Source: Terriglobia bacterium (GTDB lineage Bacteria; Acidobacteriota; Terriglobia; JAJPHL01; JAPKYU01). Taken from it: a stretch of 64,000 nt of DNA. This document shows, in pieces, positions 1 through 9,921 of the stretch. Position numbers and translations under genes: made by a program. Position 1 is the first letter of the stretch. Each line of letters opens with the position of its first letter. A model generated the notes under the pieces. The model worked only from the letters and a program-made list of their open reading frames with translations. It did not search any database and was not told where the DNA came from. The stretch is taken from the NCBI GenBank assembly GCA_965206645.1, contig CBDBKE010000004.1, positions 32,001 to 96,000 of the forward strand. Reading direction: 5' to 3'.

Positions 1-443
1 CTGAGCCGTACCTGGGAGCCCCTTGGGGGAGTCCTGCGCGCCCCAAAGGGCCACCTATCATGGGTGTCCTCCAAGTTTCCGAAGAGGATATCTTCGCCAA
101 CCGTAGCACGGACTCTCTTAGTCGACCCTTTACAAGGAGCGGTTCTCCCGTGTCTGGCTGTGCTCCGAATGGGCGGCCCTGAAACCTGGATTCGATGGTG
201 CTGATACCGGTATCGATCTGGTCGTCGAGAAGCGCTAAGGCTGCGCTATTCAGTGCAAGTGTCCACAAGGCCGACAGGCGGTGGACCTGGATAACCAGAC
301 CGACGTTACGCGACCAGCGCCGACGCTGGGGCAGGGCGGGACTCGGTGGTAGGCTGCGCTGGCATTGTGGTCTACCGTGAGGAGGCCTCGATCGTCTGAA
401 CGCGAATGATCCTGAATCGTGTAGAATCGTGTGGGAGGTGCAG

Positions 444-884
444 ATGGCCAGAAGAATGGTGGCCATTGTGGTCGCGACGGTTATCATAGCTCTGACATTC
501 GCACCACGTGTGGCATTGACCCAGGAAAAGAAGACGGAACGCATTGCCATTTCGGAGCTGAAGAAGAAGCTCAACAGCGGCGCGAAGTTCCTCTTGATCG
601 ATGTCCGCGAGGACTGGGAAATGAAAAGGGACGGTGCGATCCCCGGTGCCATCCACATCCCGGTGGCCGAGCTGGACAAGCGGATGAAGGACATCCCCAA
701 GAATATCCGGCTTGTCTTCTACTGAGGGGGTGGAGGGCGCGCGTCGCGCGCTGCCGAGAAATTTGTCAGAGCGGGCTACAAAGCAGGTCAGTTTTGCGGC
801 ATTCGGGATTGGAAGAAAGAAGATCAGAAGGTCGTTGAGAAGGTAGATCGGCCGGCGGAAGGATCGATCCGGCCGAAGCCGTAG
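444..884 (+). CDS. Secreted rhodanese-like protein, probable selenoprotein (in-frame TGA at 723-725)
   Basis: GGAGG RBS before ATG 444, then a signal peptide and rhodanese motifs LIDVRE and GAIPGAIHIP. TGA falls at the catalytic Cys position (LVFY-U-GGGGRAS). The frame stays open with a rhodanese-like C-terminus (GIRDWKKE) to TAG TAG at 882-887. Confidence 0.75.
736..752 (+). promoter_or_regulatory. Candidate bacterial SECIS hairpin
   Basis: GCGCGC(737-742)-GTC-GCGCGC(746-751). The loop starts 17 nt after the TGA and begins with GU, as in the bacterial SECIS consensus. Confidence 0.5.
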
Positions 885-912
885 TAGATTCCCAGTCGGG
901 ACATGTCACAAA

Positions 913-938
913 CGGCGGTCTGTGACCGCCGCTTTTCT
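913..938 (+). terminator. Probable intrinsic terminator
   Basis: CGGCGGTC-TGT-GACCGCCG followed by CTTTTCT, just after the extended rhodanese stop. Confidence 0.5.
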
Positions 939-1105
939 ACGTTACCTGGACCGTGTTACCTGGATCGTCGTCCGAGGCCGCTGACCGAATCAAGGGACAC
1001 CCCACGCCATCCAGGCTGGACCATAGGTAAACACTAGGCCCTGTGTGGGGACTGTCGGCCTTGTTCGGGAGGCCTACTTCCCCAAGCGGCGGGCAGGATG
1101 ACCCT

Positions 1106-1543
1106 CGCTGATGCGCGTGTTATCCTGGCGAGGCTTCCTGCTGAAATGAAGCTTGTGGGCCCACACCGTTCAGTTTGGCAAGAATCTATCCTGCCATTCC
1201 CATCGCTCTGCGTTCCATTCGCCGGAGCATGGCGCGTCCGGTTCCAGGTACCCCGTCCCGGTTGCAATTCCCCAACCGGGCTTGCCGCCTCCGACCGGAA
1301 GACGGGTATGGGATTGCGCCATTTGCCGCTGAGCTTCGCCGGTACCGGTGGGTCCGACGCAACACTCGCGCCAGAACGGTCCCCTCGCCTTCCGGCGTTT
1401 GGCACTCGCTGTTGCCCTTGTCGGCCCTGCCCGAACCGGCTTCGGCGGCGCTGTTCCTCCCGCGTCAGGGTTTGGCCGTTTCCGCCATTCGGGGTGAGCG
1501 GAAACGCTCACAAACCCTTAACTTCAAAAGGAGGAAACAGGTC
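1106..1543 (+). repeat. Structured noncoding leader, copy 1 (paralog of 19936-20373)
   Basis: About 440 bp aligns by eye with 19936-20373, with indels. Several inverted repeats; precedes the same small gene in both copies. Confidence 0.8.
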
Positions 1544-1792
1544 ATGGCTAACCCCAAACCCGTTGCTGAAGTCCGTATCGGTCGCGTCAAGGCTGCGATT
1601 TGGCCGAACAAAACCGAAGGCCGCACGAGGCACAATGTCACCTTCTCCCGTCTCTACAGGGACGGCGAGAAATGGAAGAGGACGCAGAGCTTTGGTCGCA
1701 ACGACCTGTTGGTGCTGGCGAAAGTGGCCGATCAGGCCCGCTCGCGCATCTTCGAGCTTCAGCAGGAAGAACAGCCGGAGGCGGAGTCCTAG
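1544..1792 (+). CDS. Small conserved mobile-element protein, putative ssDNA-binding (copy 1)
   Basis: AGGAGG RBS; 82 aa MANPKPVAEVRIGRVKAAIW...SRLYRDGEKWKRTQSF. Near-identical paralog at 20374. The ssDNA-binding function is inferred from the beta-rich aromatic/basic pattern and acidic tail. Confidence 0.75.
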   Translation: MANPKPVAEVRIGRVKAAIWPNKTEGRTRHNVTFSRLYRDGEKWKRTQSFGRNDLLVLAKVADQARSRIFELQQEEQPEAES

Positions 1793-1805
1793 TGTGCGGC
1801 AGGCA

Positions 1806-1842
1806 TCGGAGAGCGGCGGGGCCGGTACCCGCCGCTCTCCGA
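1806..1842 (+). terminator. 15-bp perfect hairpin after the small gene
   Basis: TCGGAGAGCGGCGGG / CCCGCCGCTCTCCGA. A related hairpin follows copy 2. Confidence 0.55.
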
Positions 1843-2102
1843 ACCTTCACAAGTGAGCCTGACACGTTTTGATGGTTGAACAGAGCCTGCTTTACATTAC
1901 GCTGAATATGAATTGCGGGCGGCTCAGTCTGCGTTTATGAATAGGCCAGGTTAAGCCAGAACAAGCCTGGAATAAGCCAACCTGCAGTTTCACAAGCGTT
2001 TCCAGCGTGCTTGCTTATGCCGATTCATGCACCAATGCCACTTGATGATGCAAAGAAGTTCTGCACGTGAGCGTTTATGAACCATCGGCCTACGATCAAA
2101 TT

Positions 2103-2203
2103 ATGAGCCACTCCGTCCGTAGTCATCTTCGCCTTGAGATTGATGCCTACGACGATACCATCCGCAAGTTCATCCCAGGCTACGAAGAAGGATTGACCAG
2201 GGC
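2103..2203 (+). pseudogene. 5' stub of class I SAM methyltransferase (CmoA-like N-terminus) cut by IS3
   Basis: MSHSVRSHLRLEIDAYDDTIRKFIPGYEE, then the IS3 left IR at 2204. Confidence 0.5.
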
Positions 2204-2581
2204 TGACGTGACCGGGGTTTTTTGTGCCAGGTGAAATGAGAGAGAATTCACCTGAGAAGGAGCCCCGATCATGTCGACGAAGAGGTATAAGCCGGAGCAG
2301 GTTGTAAACCTCCTCCGGCAGATCGAAGTGGAGACTGCCAACGGGAAGACCACGCCGCAGGCCTGCAAGGAAGCGGAGATCCACACGCAGACCTACTACC
2401 GGTGGCGGAAGGAATACGGCGGGTTGAAACGAGAGCAAGCGAAACGGCTGAAGGAGTTGGAGAAGGAAAACGCTCGCCTGAAGCGGTTGGTGGCGCAGTT
2501 GTCGCTGGAGAAGCAAGTTTTGCGGGAGGTGGCGGAGGGAAACTTCTAAGCCCTGAGCGGCGTCGTTGTGCGGTGGAGCGG
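2204..2581 (+). mobile_element. IS3-family remnant (left IR, orfA 2271-2549, start of orfB)
   Basis: TGAC-start IR; orfA with QTYYRWRKEYGG; GGAAACTT frameshift region; orfB lost after about 2581. Confidence 0.9.
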
Positions 2582-2671
2582 GCCGGGCTCCGCCCTTGAC
2601 ACCGTTTCCACTAGCCCTGATAGTCTCCCTATGTATCCGCAATTCCGTTTCCTAGGCAAGGAGGAGCGATA

Positions 2672-2989
2672 ATGGGGCTAGTGGGCAAGTTCTCTTTTAT
2701 CGTCGGACTGGCGATTGCTGTGGCCGGAGGCTTAGGCTTTGAACAGGCTTGGTTTGGCTGGGTACTTGCAGTACTCGGCCTGATCGTCGGATTCTTGAAT
2801 ATCAGCAACAAGGAGAGTCAGACCTTCCTCTTAGCGGCGATAGCGCTGATCGTAGCGGCCAACGCCGTCGGAGCGATCCCCTACGTCGGAGAGGGGACGA
2901 CCCGGATCATCGCAAATCTCGTGCTCTTCCTGGGGGGCGCGGTCTTGGTCGTAGCGGTTAAGAGTCTGTTCGCGGCAGCGAGAGACTGA
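2672..2989 (+). CDS. Small 4-TM membrane protein of unknown function
   Basis: AGGAGG RBS; 105 aa with four hydrophobic helices and a GLIVGFLNI..KE..FLLA motif. Confidence 0.8.
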   Translation: MGLVGKFSFIVGLAIAVAGGLGFEQAWFGWVLAVLGLIVGFLNISNKESQTFLLAAIALIVAANAVGAIPYVGEGTTRIIANLVLFLGGAVLVVAVKSLFAAARD

Positions 2990-3341
2990 AGTCGCTCTGA
3001 CGCGGGCGTCATCGAGTCCGGAAAGCTTTCTCGCGAAAGCGGCGTTCTCACCGAGTCGCTTTCAGCGCCGCCTGAGCCGCGGTGTCCTGGTCATTTGCGG
3101 AGACGTGTGCGGAACCGATTAGCGCTGCACAAAGGTATCGCCAAACGAATCAATACTGCGACACCGTTTCGCAGCGCCAGAGTCCTTGAAAACCCGTAAG
3201 GCTTGGGATCGTTGCAAAGACGTTCCTTTGAGCAACTACGTCCATCGATAGAGCGGCTGACAATTAGCACTGCCGAGCGTGCCACCCTTGAGCCTTGATA
3301 TATCTTATGCTGGACGTCTCTTGTCGGCCATGAAGAAAGAG

Positions 3342-4172
3342 GGATGTGTTGCAACTTTCAAAAATCAGCAAGAGAGCGACTGGTTGGGTCGACCGGGCCC
3401 CATCTTATGCAGCCACTTCGAACAGCTTGTTGATGAACTGAATCTGTTGCCGAACATCTGAACCGTTCACCCGTCTCGCCTGTCCCTTCCGGATCATGTG
3501 TATGGCCTCGTATCCCTGAATCGTTCGCCGCGCCGCGTGGAATTCACGAAAACCCTGCTTCGCCTTTACGCGTCGTTCGATCGCTCGATGATCCTGCTCC
3601 AGGATGTTGTTCAAGTATTGGACAGGCCGGTGGCGGCAACGGCGTCGCAAGATTCCTTCCTGCTTCAGTCCTGAAATCGTAGCGCCATAAAGGCGTGCCT
3701 GGTCGGTGTTGATGACGCGGGGCTGCGGATGCGACGGATCCGTCAGCGCCTTGCGAAACAGGCGTTTGGCCGTAGCGGCATCGCGCAACCCCGAGAGCAC
3801 GAAGTCGATCGTGGCACCGGTGGAATCGATGGCTCGGTAGAGGTAACACCAGCGACCCTTGACACGAATGTAGGTCTCATCGACACGCCAGGACTTATTG
3901 GTTGGCTTGAGATGACGGCGTAGCCGCTCCTCCAGTTCGGGACCGTAGCGCTGGACCCAGCGCCAGATTGTCGTATAGTCTGTCTTCAGGCCGCGCTCGC
4001 CGAGCAGCTCTTCGACATCGCGGAACGAGAGTGAGTACCGTAGGTACCAGCGCACAGCGCAAAGAATCAGCTCGGGCTCGGTTTGTCGCCACTTGAAGAT
4101 CACCGGTCGGATTGTCTTTTTCATGATCTCTTCAGGTTGCCAGTCGCCGTCGGCCAAAGTTGCAACACAACC
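3342..4172 (-). mobile_element. IS6-family element, transposase 3405-4124
   Basis: IRs GGATGTGTTGCAACTTT / AAAGTTGCAACACAACC; motifs WRVDETYI, YLYRAID, YLNNILEQDHR. No target duplication seen. Confidence 0.95.
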
Positions 4173-4250
4173 GCCCCGATCGTTCAACCGGGAATCAGTG
4201 GGTCGTGGCCGGGGTGAAGGAAAGGGAAGTCCCCATACGGACGTGAAACA

Positions 4251-4487
4251 CTACAGGACAGAGCTAAGAAACCTTTTCACTATTTGTAGTCCAACCAGAA
4301 GAACCACCGGCGAGAAATCCAGTCCACCCATGGACGGGAGCGCGCGCCGAATCGGCTGTAACAGCGGTTCGGTAAGCCTGTTAACAAACTGGACAACCGG
4401 GTTGCCAGATGGGAGGTGGACCCACGAGAGTATGACCGCGCCTAAAACGATCAACGAGTAGAGATCGATGATATTGATCAGAATCAT
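4251..4487 (-). CDS. yggT: YggT family membrane protein
   Basis: ILSW...NP...LTEPLL.PIRR.LP..GGLDFSP signature. Confidence 0.85.
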   Translation of the reverse strand: MILINIIDLYSLIVLGAVILSWVHLPSGNPVVQFVNRLTEPLLQPIRRALPSMGGLDFSPVVLLVGLQIVKRFLSSVL

Positions 4488-4762
4488 AAGTTGCAGTCAT
4501 TCATCCTGAATTCCCAGTTTGGGCTTCTGCCCGTAACAGGGTAGCCCTCTCTTCTCCTGAACACAATCAATTCACCGCCGGAAGCCAGGCACGGCCGGAT
4601 CGAACTACGGCCCAGTCGTTGAAAAAGATCAAGATCAGTTGGCCCGCATTGAACTACGCCACGGCCAAGGGGGTGCTAATCTTGCACCCCTCGCCGCCCT
4701 CGATCCTGCCGGCGCAGCGCCGTCTCTTGGAATAGCGGCTGGATAGGACTTTACAGGCATAG

Positions 4763-6832
4763 ATGAACGAGGCTGAACGTAAGAAGTACGACGAAGCAGA
4801 GGCCAGCGGACTATTACCGCGACTTCGATTAGTCGTGCAGTCGTACTGTGCACCAATCTGGTGGGAGATCGACGGCAAGACCATTCTCGGCAGCGGCTCG
4901 ATGTGCGTGATCGCAACGCCACAATCCGTCTTCGGTGTCACCGCCAACCATGTGCTCACGATTTACGAGAAACACAAGGTCGCGCATCCCGACGCGTTCT
5001 GTCAGCTTGGTAGCGCGCCCTTCGACCCTATCCGGAATCTGATTGCGCGCAGCAAGTGTTGGGATCTCGCGACGTTTGGAATCCCCGATTTCACGCTGAA
5101 GCACTGGGGCCGACACAACCGGATCTACGAGACGGAGGCTTGGCCACCGCCTGCTATCAAGAAGAATGATCAAGTCATTCTTGGCGGGTATCCGACGAAC
5201 CGTCGGACTCAAATGACCTGCCTGGCGATTTCCGGACCAGCTGAAGCCTGAGAGAATGGCGCCCTCGGAGAAACGAGGGAGCCATGAAGAAGACCCGGTT
5301 TACCGAAGAGCAGATGGTGACGATCCTCCGCGAGGCCGATCAGCGGCCCGTTCCGGAGGTGGCCAAAAAGAACGGCGTCAGCGCCCAGACGCTCTACGCC
5401 TGGCGGAAACACTTCGGCACGTTGGAGCCCGCCGATGTGAAGCGGCTGCGGCAGCTCGAGCAGGAGAACGGCCGGCTGAAAAAGATGGTGGCCGATCGAG
5501 ATCTGGAGATCGACGTGCTCAAGGAGATCACCCGAAAAAAATGGTAGGCGCACGCGTGCGCCGGCCGCAGGTCGCGTATGCACGTGCACGCGGTCTGTCG
5601 GGTCGCCGCGCGTGCGCCTTGCTCTCCGTCGCACGGTCCACGCTGGGCTACCAGTCGCGGCTGGTCGACCGGGATGCCCCGGCGCTGGCCGCGATGCGTC
5701 GTCTGGCGGCGCAGTATCCGCGGTACGGCTATCGCCGGATTCGGATTTTCCTAAAACGCGAAGGGCACACGATGAGCACGGACCGGACCCATCGCCTCTG
5801 GCGCCAGGCGGGGTTGCAGGTGCCTCGGCGGCGGCCGCGGCGCCGGGTCGCCCTGAGCCGGCCCCGCCCGGTGCCCGCCACTGCGGTCAATCACGTCTGG
5901 GCGTACGACTTCGTGTTCGACACCTGCGCGAATGGGCAGACGCTCAAGTGCCTCACCGTCGTCGACGAATGGACCCGCGAGTCACTCGCGATCGACGTGG
6001 CCGGCGGCATTCGGTCCGGGCGCGTTATCGAGGTGCTCACGCAGCTCGTGAGCGTCCACGGAGCCCCACGTTACCTCCGGTCCGACAACGGCCCCGAGTT
6101 TGTCGCGGGTGCGATTCTCCGGTGGCTGCTCCAGGCGCAGATCGAAACCGCGCTCATCGAGCCGGGGAAGCCGTGGCAGAATGCGACCGACGAATCGTTC
6201 AACGGGAAGTTCCGCGACGAGTATCTGAGCCTGCAGTGGTTTCGGAACCGCGTGGACGCGAAGGTGGGGATCGAGCAATGGCGACGGCACTACAACGACG
6301 TGCGACCGCACTCGAGCCTTGGCTATCTGACGCCAGCCGAGTTCAAAGCGCAGCTCCGTGCTGGCTCGGATGACGGTGGGCGCTCGCCGGCGATGCCGGC
6401 TCACGCTGACCAAGAAGAACACGAGAGCGACTTAACCATGCCGACTGGCGCTGTTCTCCAGTAATCGGTGGTCCGAAGAAAGCCGGCAGGTCACAAACTC
6501 CTGGAGAGAGGCCCGCAACGATGACCAGCGACTTCGTGTCGTTCATCGCCCGAGCGGACAACTGGTCGGAGAACCACATGTCGTTCTGCTTCGACTCGAA
6601 CAGCTGGTACTGGCCTCAAGGCGAGGAACTGCCCCCCAATCTGGAGTTCAGTGGTGCTAGCGGGGGACCGTGTTTCCTGATGGTGCCCAAGGAAGATCGA
6701 ATCGAACTCGCAGGATTTATTTATGAGGCGCACACGGAGTACGAGGTCATCCGGGTCAGACAGGCGAACCTTATTACCCCAGACGGGACTATCGACCCAC
6801 CCCCAGTCGGAGCGCAGCCGCCGAGAGGCTAA
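4763..6832 (+). pseudogene. Trypsin-like serine protease split by IS3
   Basis: TANHV (His) and DLA (Asp) lie before the IS, GASGGP (Ser) after it. Removing the IS and one CAAA restores the frame RRTQTPGERPATMTS. Confidence 0.85.
5214..6493 (+). mobile_element. IS3-family element (IS407-like), orfA 5284-5547, orfB to 6464
   Basis: TGACCTGCC...GGCAGGTCA ends; 4-bp target duplication CAAA; A7 slippery site at the orfA end; DDE motifs WAYDF, SDNGPEF, ESFNGKFRDE. Confidence 0.95.
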
Positions 6833-7016
6833 CGACGAGAAGCCGGCTGAGCGAGCATCGCTGTAAATCCGGCCCAAGGATTGCAGGAGAACTGGCCTAC
6901 CGCGTGGGTCGTGTCGGGCTCTAGGTTGCCTCGTGACGGCGAACGAGGGGCGGGCACTCTAGCCGTCTGCCGCCCCAGTAATCGCTCCTGGGTCCGCTCA
7001 GCGCCGGTGACGCTGG

Positions 7017-8455
7017 GAGGGTGTCCTGAACTCAGTTGAAAGTTCGTAGCGGCGGTTCGGAGCCATCATACTACGCCACCTCCCGTCGAGTGGCCAACTT
7101 TGATCCTTCGAGGATCGCTTTCAACATCCACAGGTCCTGGTACCCCATCAGGCGGCGGAAGTTTTTCTCCGTGGCCAGGAAGCTGGAGGCGACCCAGCGC
7201 TGGACCATGGCCGCATCCCGCCAGCGGCACACCCGGCGAGTTCGCAACCTCACTCCCGCCTGCGGACTCTCGATGAGATTGGTGGTGGCCAGACAGCGAT
7301 GTAGCGAAGCCGGAAGCCCCAGCCGGTTGATGGTGAAACATTCCTCCAGACCCTCCCGTAAGCTGGCCGCCGCGGCCGGACAATCTCGCTCCAACCATTG
7401 GGCCAACTTCTCCAGCTTGGCCCTGCCGGTCTTCGGATCCAACCGCCAGGCGGCCCGCATCGCCGCCCGCACCTGGTCCCGCTCTGGCTCCGGCAACCGG
7501 TCCAGGACGTTGCGCAACTTGTGGGCGCGGCAGCGCTGCACCGGCTGCTCGGCCCCGAACACGGCGCGGATCGCCGCCCGCAAGGCCTTCGAGCCGTCGA
7601 TCACAAACAGCCGTTTCTGGGCCGGCTGCACCCCTCGCCGCACTAAACCTTCCAGCAAGTCCTGGACGGCCGCGGCGTTCTCCGTAGCCCCCTGCTGAAT
7701 CCCCAGCACGTGCTTGTGCCCTTCCGCATCCACGCCCACAGCCGCAATCACGTGATGGTCGCCAAACACCATCCCGTCGATGTAGAGGATCAGCAACTCT
7801 ACTTCCTCGAAGCGGCGGTTCAACAGACGTTCTAACTCGGCTGCGGCAGCCTCCATCGTTTCCCGGCTGACCGTGGAGCGCGACACACCCACGGTGTCCG
7901 CCATCTCCGGCAACACCCGCTGGTACTGCCGGGTCGAGACGCCCCGCAGCAAGATATCCAACATCCGGGCCCCCAGACCCTCGCCCTCCTGCATGGCTTC
8001 GTAGGCCGGGAGGGGAACTTCTTTCCCCGCTCCCCGGCCTGGCCGCCGGAGCCGTGGCCTGTGCACGGCCAGCTTTCTCTCCTTCAGGCGCACCCGTCCC
8101 CGCTGGCGCCCATACCAGCCCACCCCACGGCGCCGCCGGCCCTGACGGCGTGGACCGGCCACCTGCGCGGCCGACAACTCCAGCACCGCTTCAATCGCCG
8201 CCCTACCCACCACGTCGATCAGCTCGTCGACGGCTAACCGCGATTGTTCGATCAACTCCACCCAGGGCAGCAGAAACTGCCCGTGGCGAGCCAGGTAGGC
8301 AGCCAGTTTGCGGGAGCTTCGGCTATCGCTCCGGCCTAGGATGTGGTAGCTTCTCTGCACGGCGGTTCCCCTTTCCAGAAAGTTTCCCAACCCGATTCTA
8401 CGGAACCAGGTCAGCGAACCGCCGCTCAACTTTCAACTAAAGGTGAGACACTCTC
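7017..8455 (-). mobile_element. IS256-family element, transposase 7071-~8360
   Basis: IRs GAGGGTGTC / GACACTCTC; 8-bp target duplication GACGCTGG; YIDG, VIDG, QRC..H and TTNLIES motifs. Second copy at 40215. Confidence 0.95.
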
Positions 8456-8630
8456 GACGCTGGAGACGCTCGATTGCCTCGTGATATTTGTCAGGGATAT
8501 CGCCAGCGACGACGCCGAGCAGGTCGCTTTCGAGCTCGCTGACACGATCCTCTAGCCCTTCAATCCGCTTGTCGACGACGTGGGCTCCGTATAGCCCCAC
8601 CCCCACCACGACCAACCAGGTCCATTCCAA
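8456..8630 (-). pseudogene. Small membrane-anchored coiled-coil protein hit by IS256 near its 3' end
   Basis: MEWTWLVVVGVGLYG... The original end (HRR-stop) lies beyond the IS near 7000. Confidence 0.45.
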
Positions 8631-8958
8631 ATTTCACCTCCCACCGCGAGCTGGCGGCTTTTTCCACATAAACCCTGTGAATCGGGGCAGTTTTCCTCGG
8701 TCAAACACCCTCACACTCACGTAGTAAAAGAACAAGTGGTAAATACACACATAATCAGGGCTGATGATGAGTGGAAATCTCCATTCGGGGATCTCGACCG
8801 AGAAAAAGCAAGTAGCCTCCGCAGCCGGTCGGGTCAATGGCTCCGCCGTCCGCCGCTCTGCTTCAGCCCTGCGGGTGACTCCGCCCGCCCGCTACGGCTC
8901 CAGGTCCAATAGGGCCGTAAGGGAACCTTACGGCCCGTCAGGACGGCCAGGAACGGTC

Positions 8959-9174
8959 TCATTTTTTGGGGTCGGAAATCTTGAGAAATTGACGGACTCG
9001 ATCAAGATTCCAGTTCTTTTCAAGCTCGTACCTCAGAGAACCGCGATCTTTCTTGGGTCTGGTCACCAGATGCCAACCTGTTACAAACCAGCGAGTAATA
9101 GGCTCAAGAATATGCCTAGTGAAAATCCCGAGAACCCATCCAAGCACAAGCCACAGGACATCGGACATGGACAT
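8959..9174 (-). CDS. Small membrane protein downstream of mobC
   Basis: GAGGTG RBS inside the mobC end; abuts the mobC stop; N-terminal TM helix. Confidence 0.5.
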   Translation of the reverse strand: MSMSDVLWLVLGWVLGIFTRHILEPITRWFVTGWHLVTRPKKDRGSLRYELEKNWNLDRVRQFLKISDPKK

Positions 9175-9512
9175 CAGGACACCTCTTTGGGGCGCGGCAA
9201 CAGGTCGAAGAGCGCCCGGTCGCGGTCCCGTTCTAAGAACTCATCGAGGCCCTTGCTGACCCTTTTCATGGAAACCGGGTCGTTCTGGATGATGTCATCC
9301 AGGTAGCTTCCCAGGAGGATCAAGCGGCGGGTCCGGAGCTTGCGTTCTTTGGCATTGATACGGACCTGTGCGCGGAGAATCTGGCGCTCCAAGAGGCTTT
9401 TCTTTTTGCTCCGGAGTTCCTTCAATTCCGCTTCGCGCTTGGAGAGACTATCCTCCAGTTCTGCCTTACGTTTGTTGAGTTCGTCGAGTTCTTTTTGAGG
9501 GTCGCGGACCAT
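9174..9512 (-). CDS. MOBQ relaxosome accessory protein (MobC/MobS-like)
   Basis: Coiled coil then ERKLRTRRLILLG...LDEFLERDRDRALFDL; divergent from the relaxase across oriT. Confidence 0.75.
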   Translation of the reverse strand: MVRDPQKELDELNKRKAELEDSLSKREAELKELRSKKKSLLERQILRAQVRINAKERKLRTRRLILLGSYLDDIIQNDPVSMKRVSKGLDEFLERDRDRALFDLLPRPKEVS

Positions 9513-9527
9513 GCCTGGCGATAGTGA

Positions 9528-9560
9528 AGGGCGCACTTTAGGGTTTTGCTTCGCAAAACC
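9528..9560 (-). other. MOBQ-type oriT
   Basis: Minus strand reads AAAGTGCGCCCT (cf. RSF1010/pSC101 TAAGTGCGCCCT), next to the perfect IR GGTTTTGC-TTC-GCAAAACC. Confidence 0.8.
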
Positions 9561-9590
9561 AGGTGCTCCGGAAAGTGCAAGGGCAGGCGC

Positions 9591-9921
9591 GTGGCCATCT
9601 TTCACTTGGACGTGAAAACCGGCACTCGCGGCGGCGGCCAATCGGCCAGCGCCAAGTTTGATTACCTTGGGCGCGAGGGCCGCTATGCCAAGGACGCCGA
9701 AGAACTGGAATACAAAGAGAGCGGCAACCTGCCCGCTTGGGCAGAGGACGATGCCGGCAAATACTGGCAGGCGGCAGACGACCACGAGCGGGTCAACGGG
9801 CGGCTGTACCAGCAGGTGGAAGTGGCGTTGCCCGTGGAGCTGGACGAGCGGCAGCGCCGCGCGCTGGCCGGCAGCTTCGCCGAGAGGCTGAGCAGGGAAG
9901 AGCGGCTGCCCTATACGCTGG
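9591..9921 (+). pseudogene. mobA: MobA/MobL relaxase N-terminus truncated by IS3
   Basis: VAIFHLDVKTGTRGGGQSASAKFDYLGREG...YWQAADDHERVNGRLY...EVALPVEL. The His triad is missing. Confidence 0.85.

Noticed and set aside
1098-1856. Long overlapping ORFs across the conserved leader (also 19873-20971)
   Set aside because: Indels between the two copies break these frames. Only the 82-aa gene has an RBS and is conserved.
1940-1985. Short AAGCC-containing repeats as iterons
   Set aside because: Only 5-bp cores with irregular context and no adjacent rep gene.
6826-6930. Integron attC after the protease gene
   Set aside because: No proper RYYYAAC/GTTRRRY pair or paired L boxes, and no integron integrase in the window.
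8760-8800. Hammerhead ribozyme (CTGATGA followed by a stem)
   Set aside because: The required GAAA after stem II and a closing stem III are missing.
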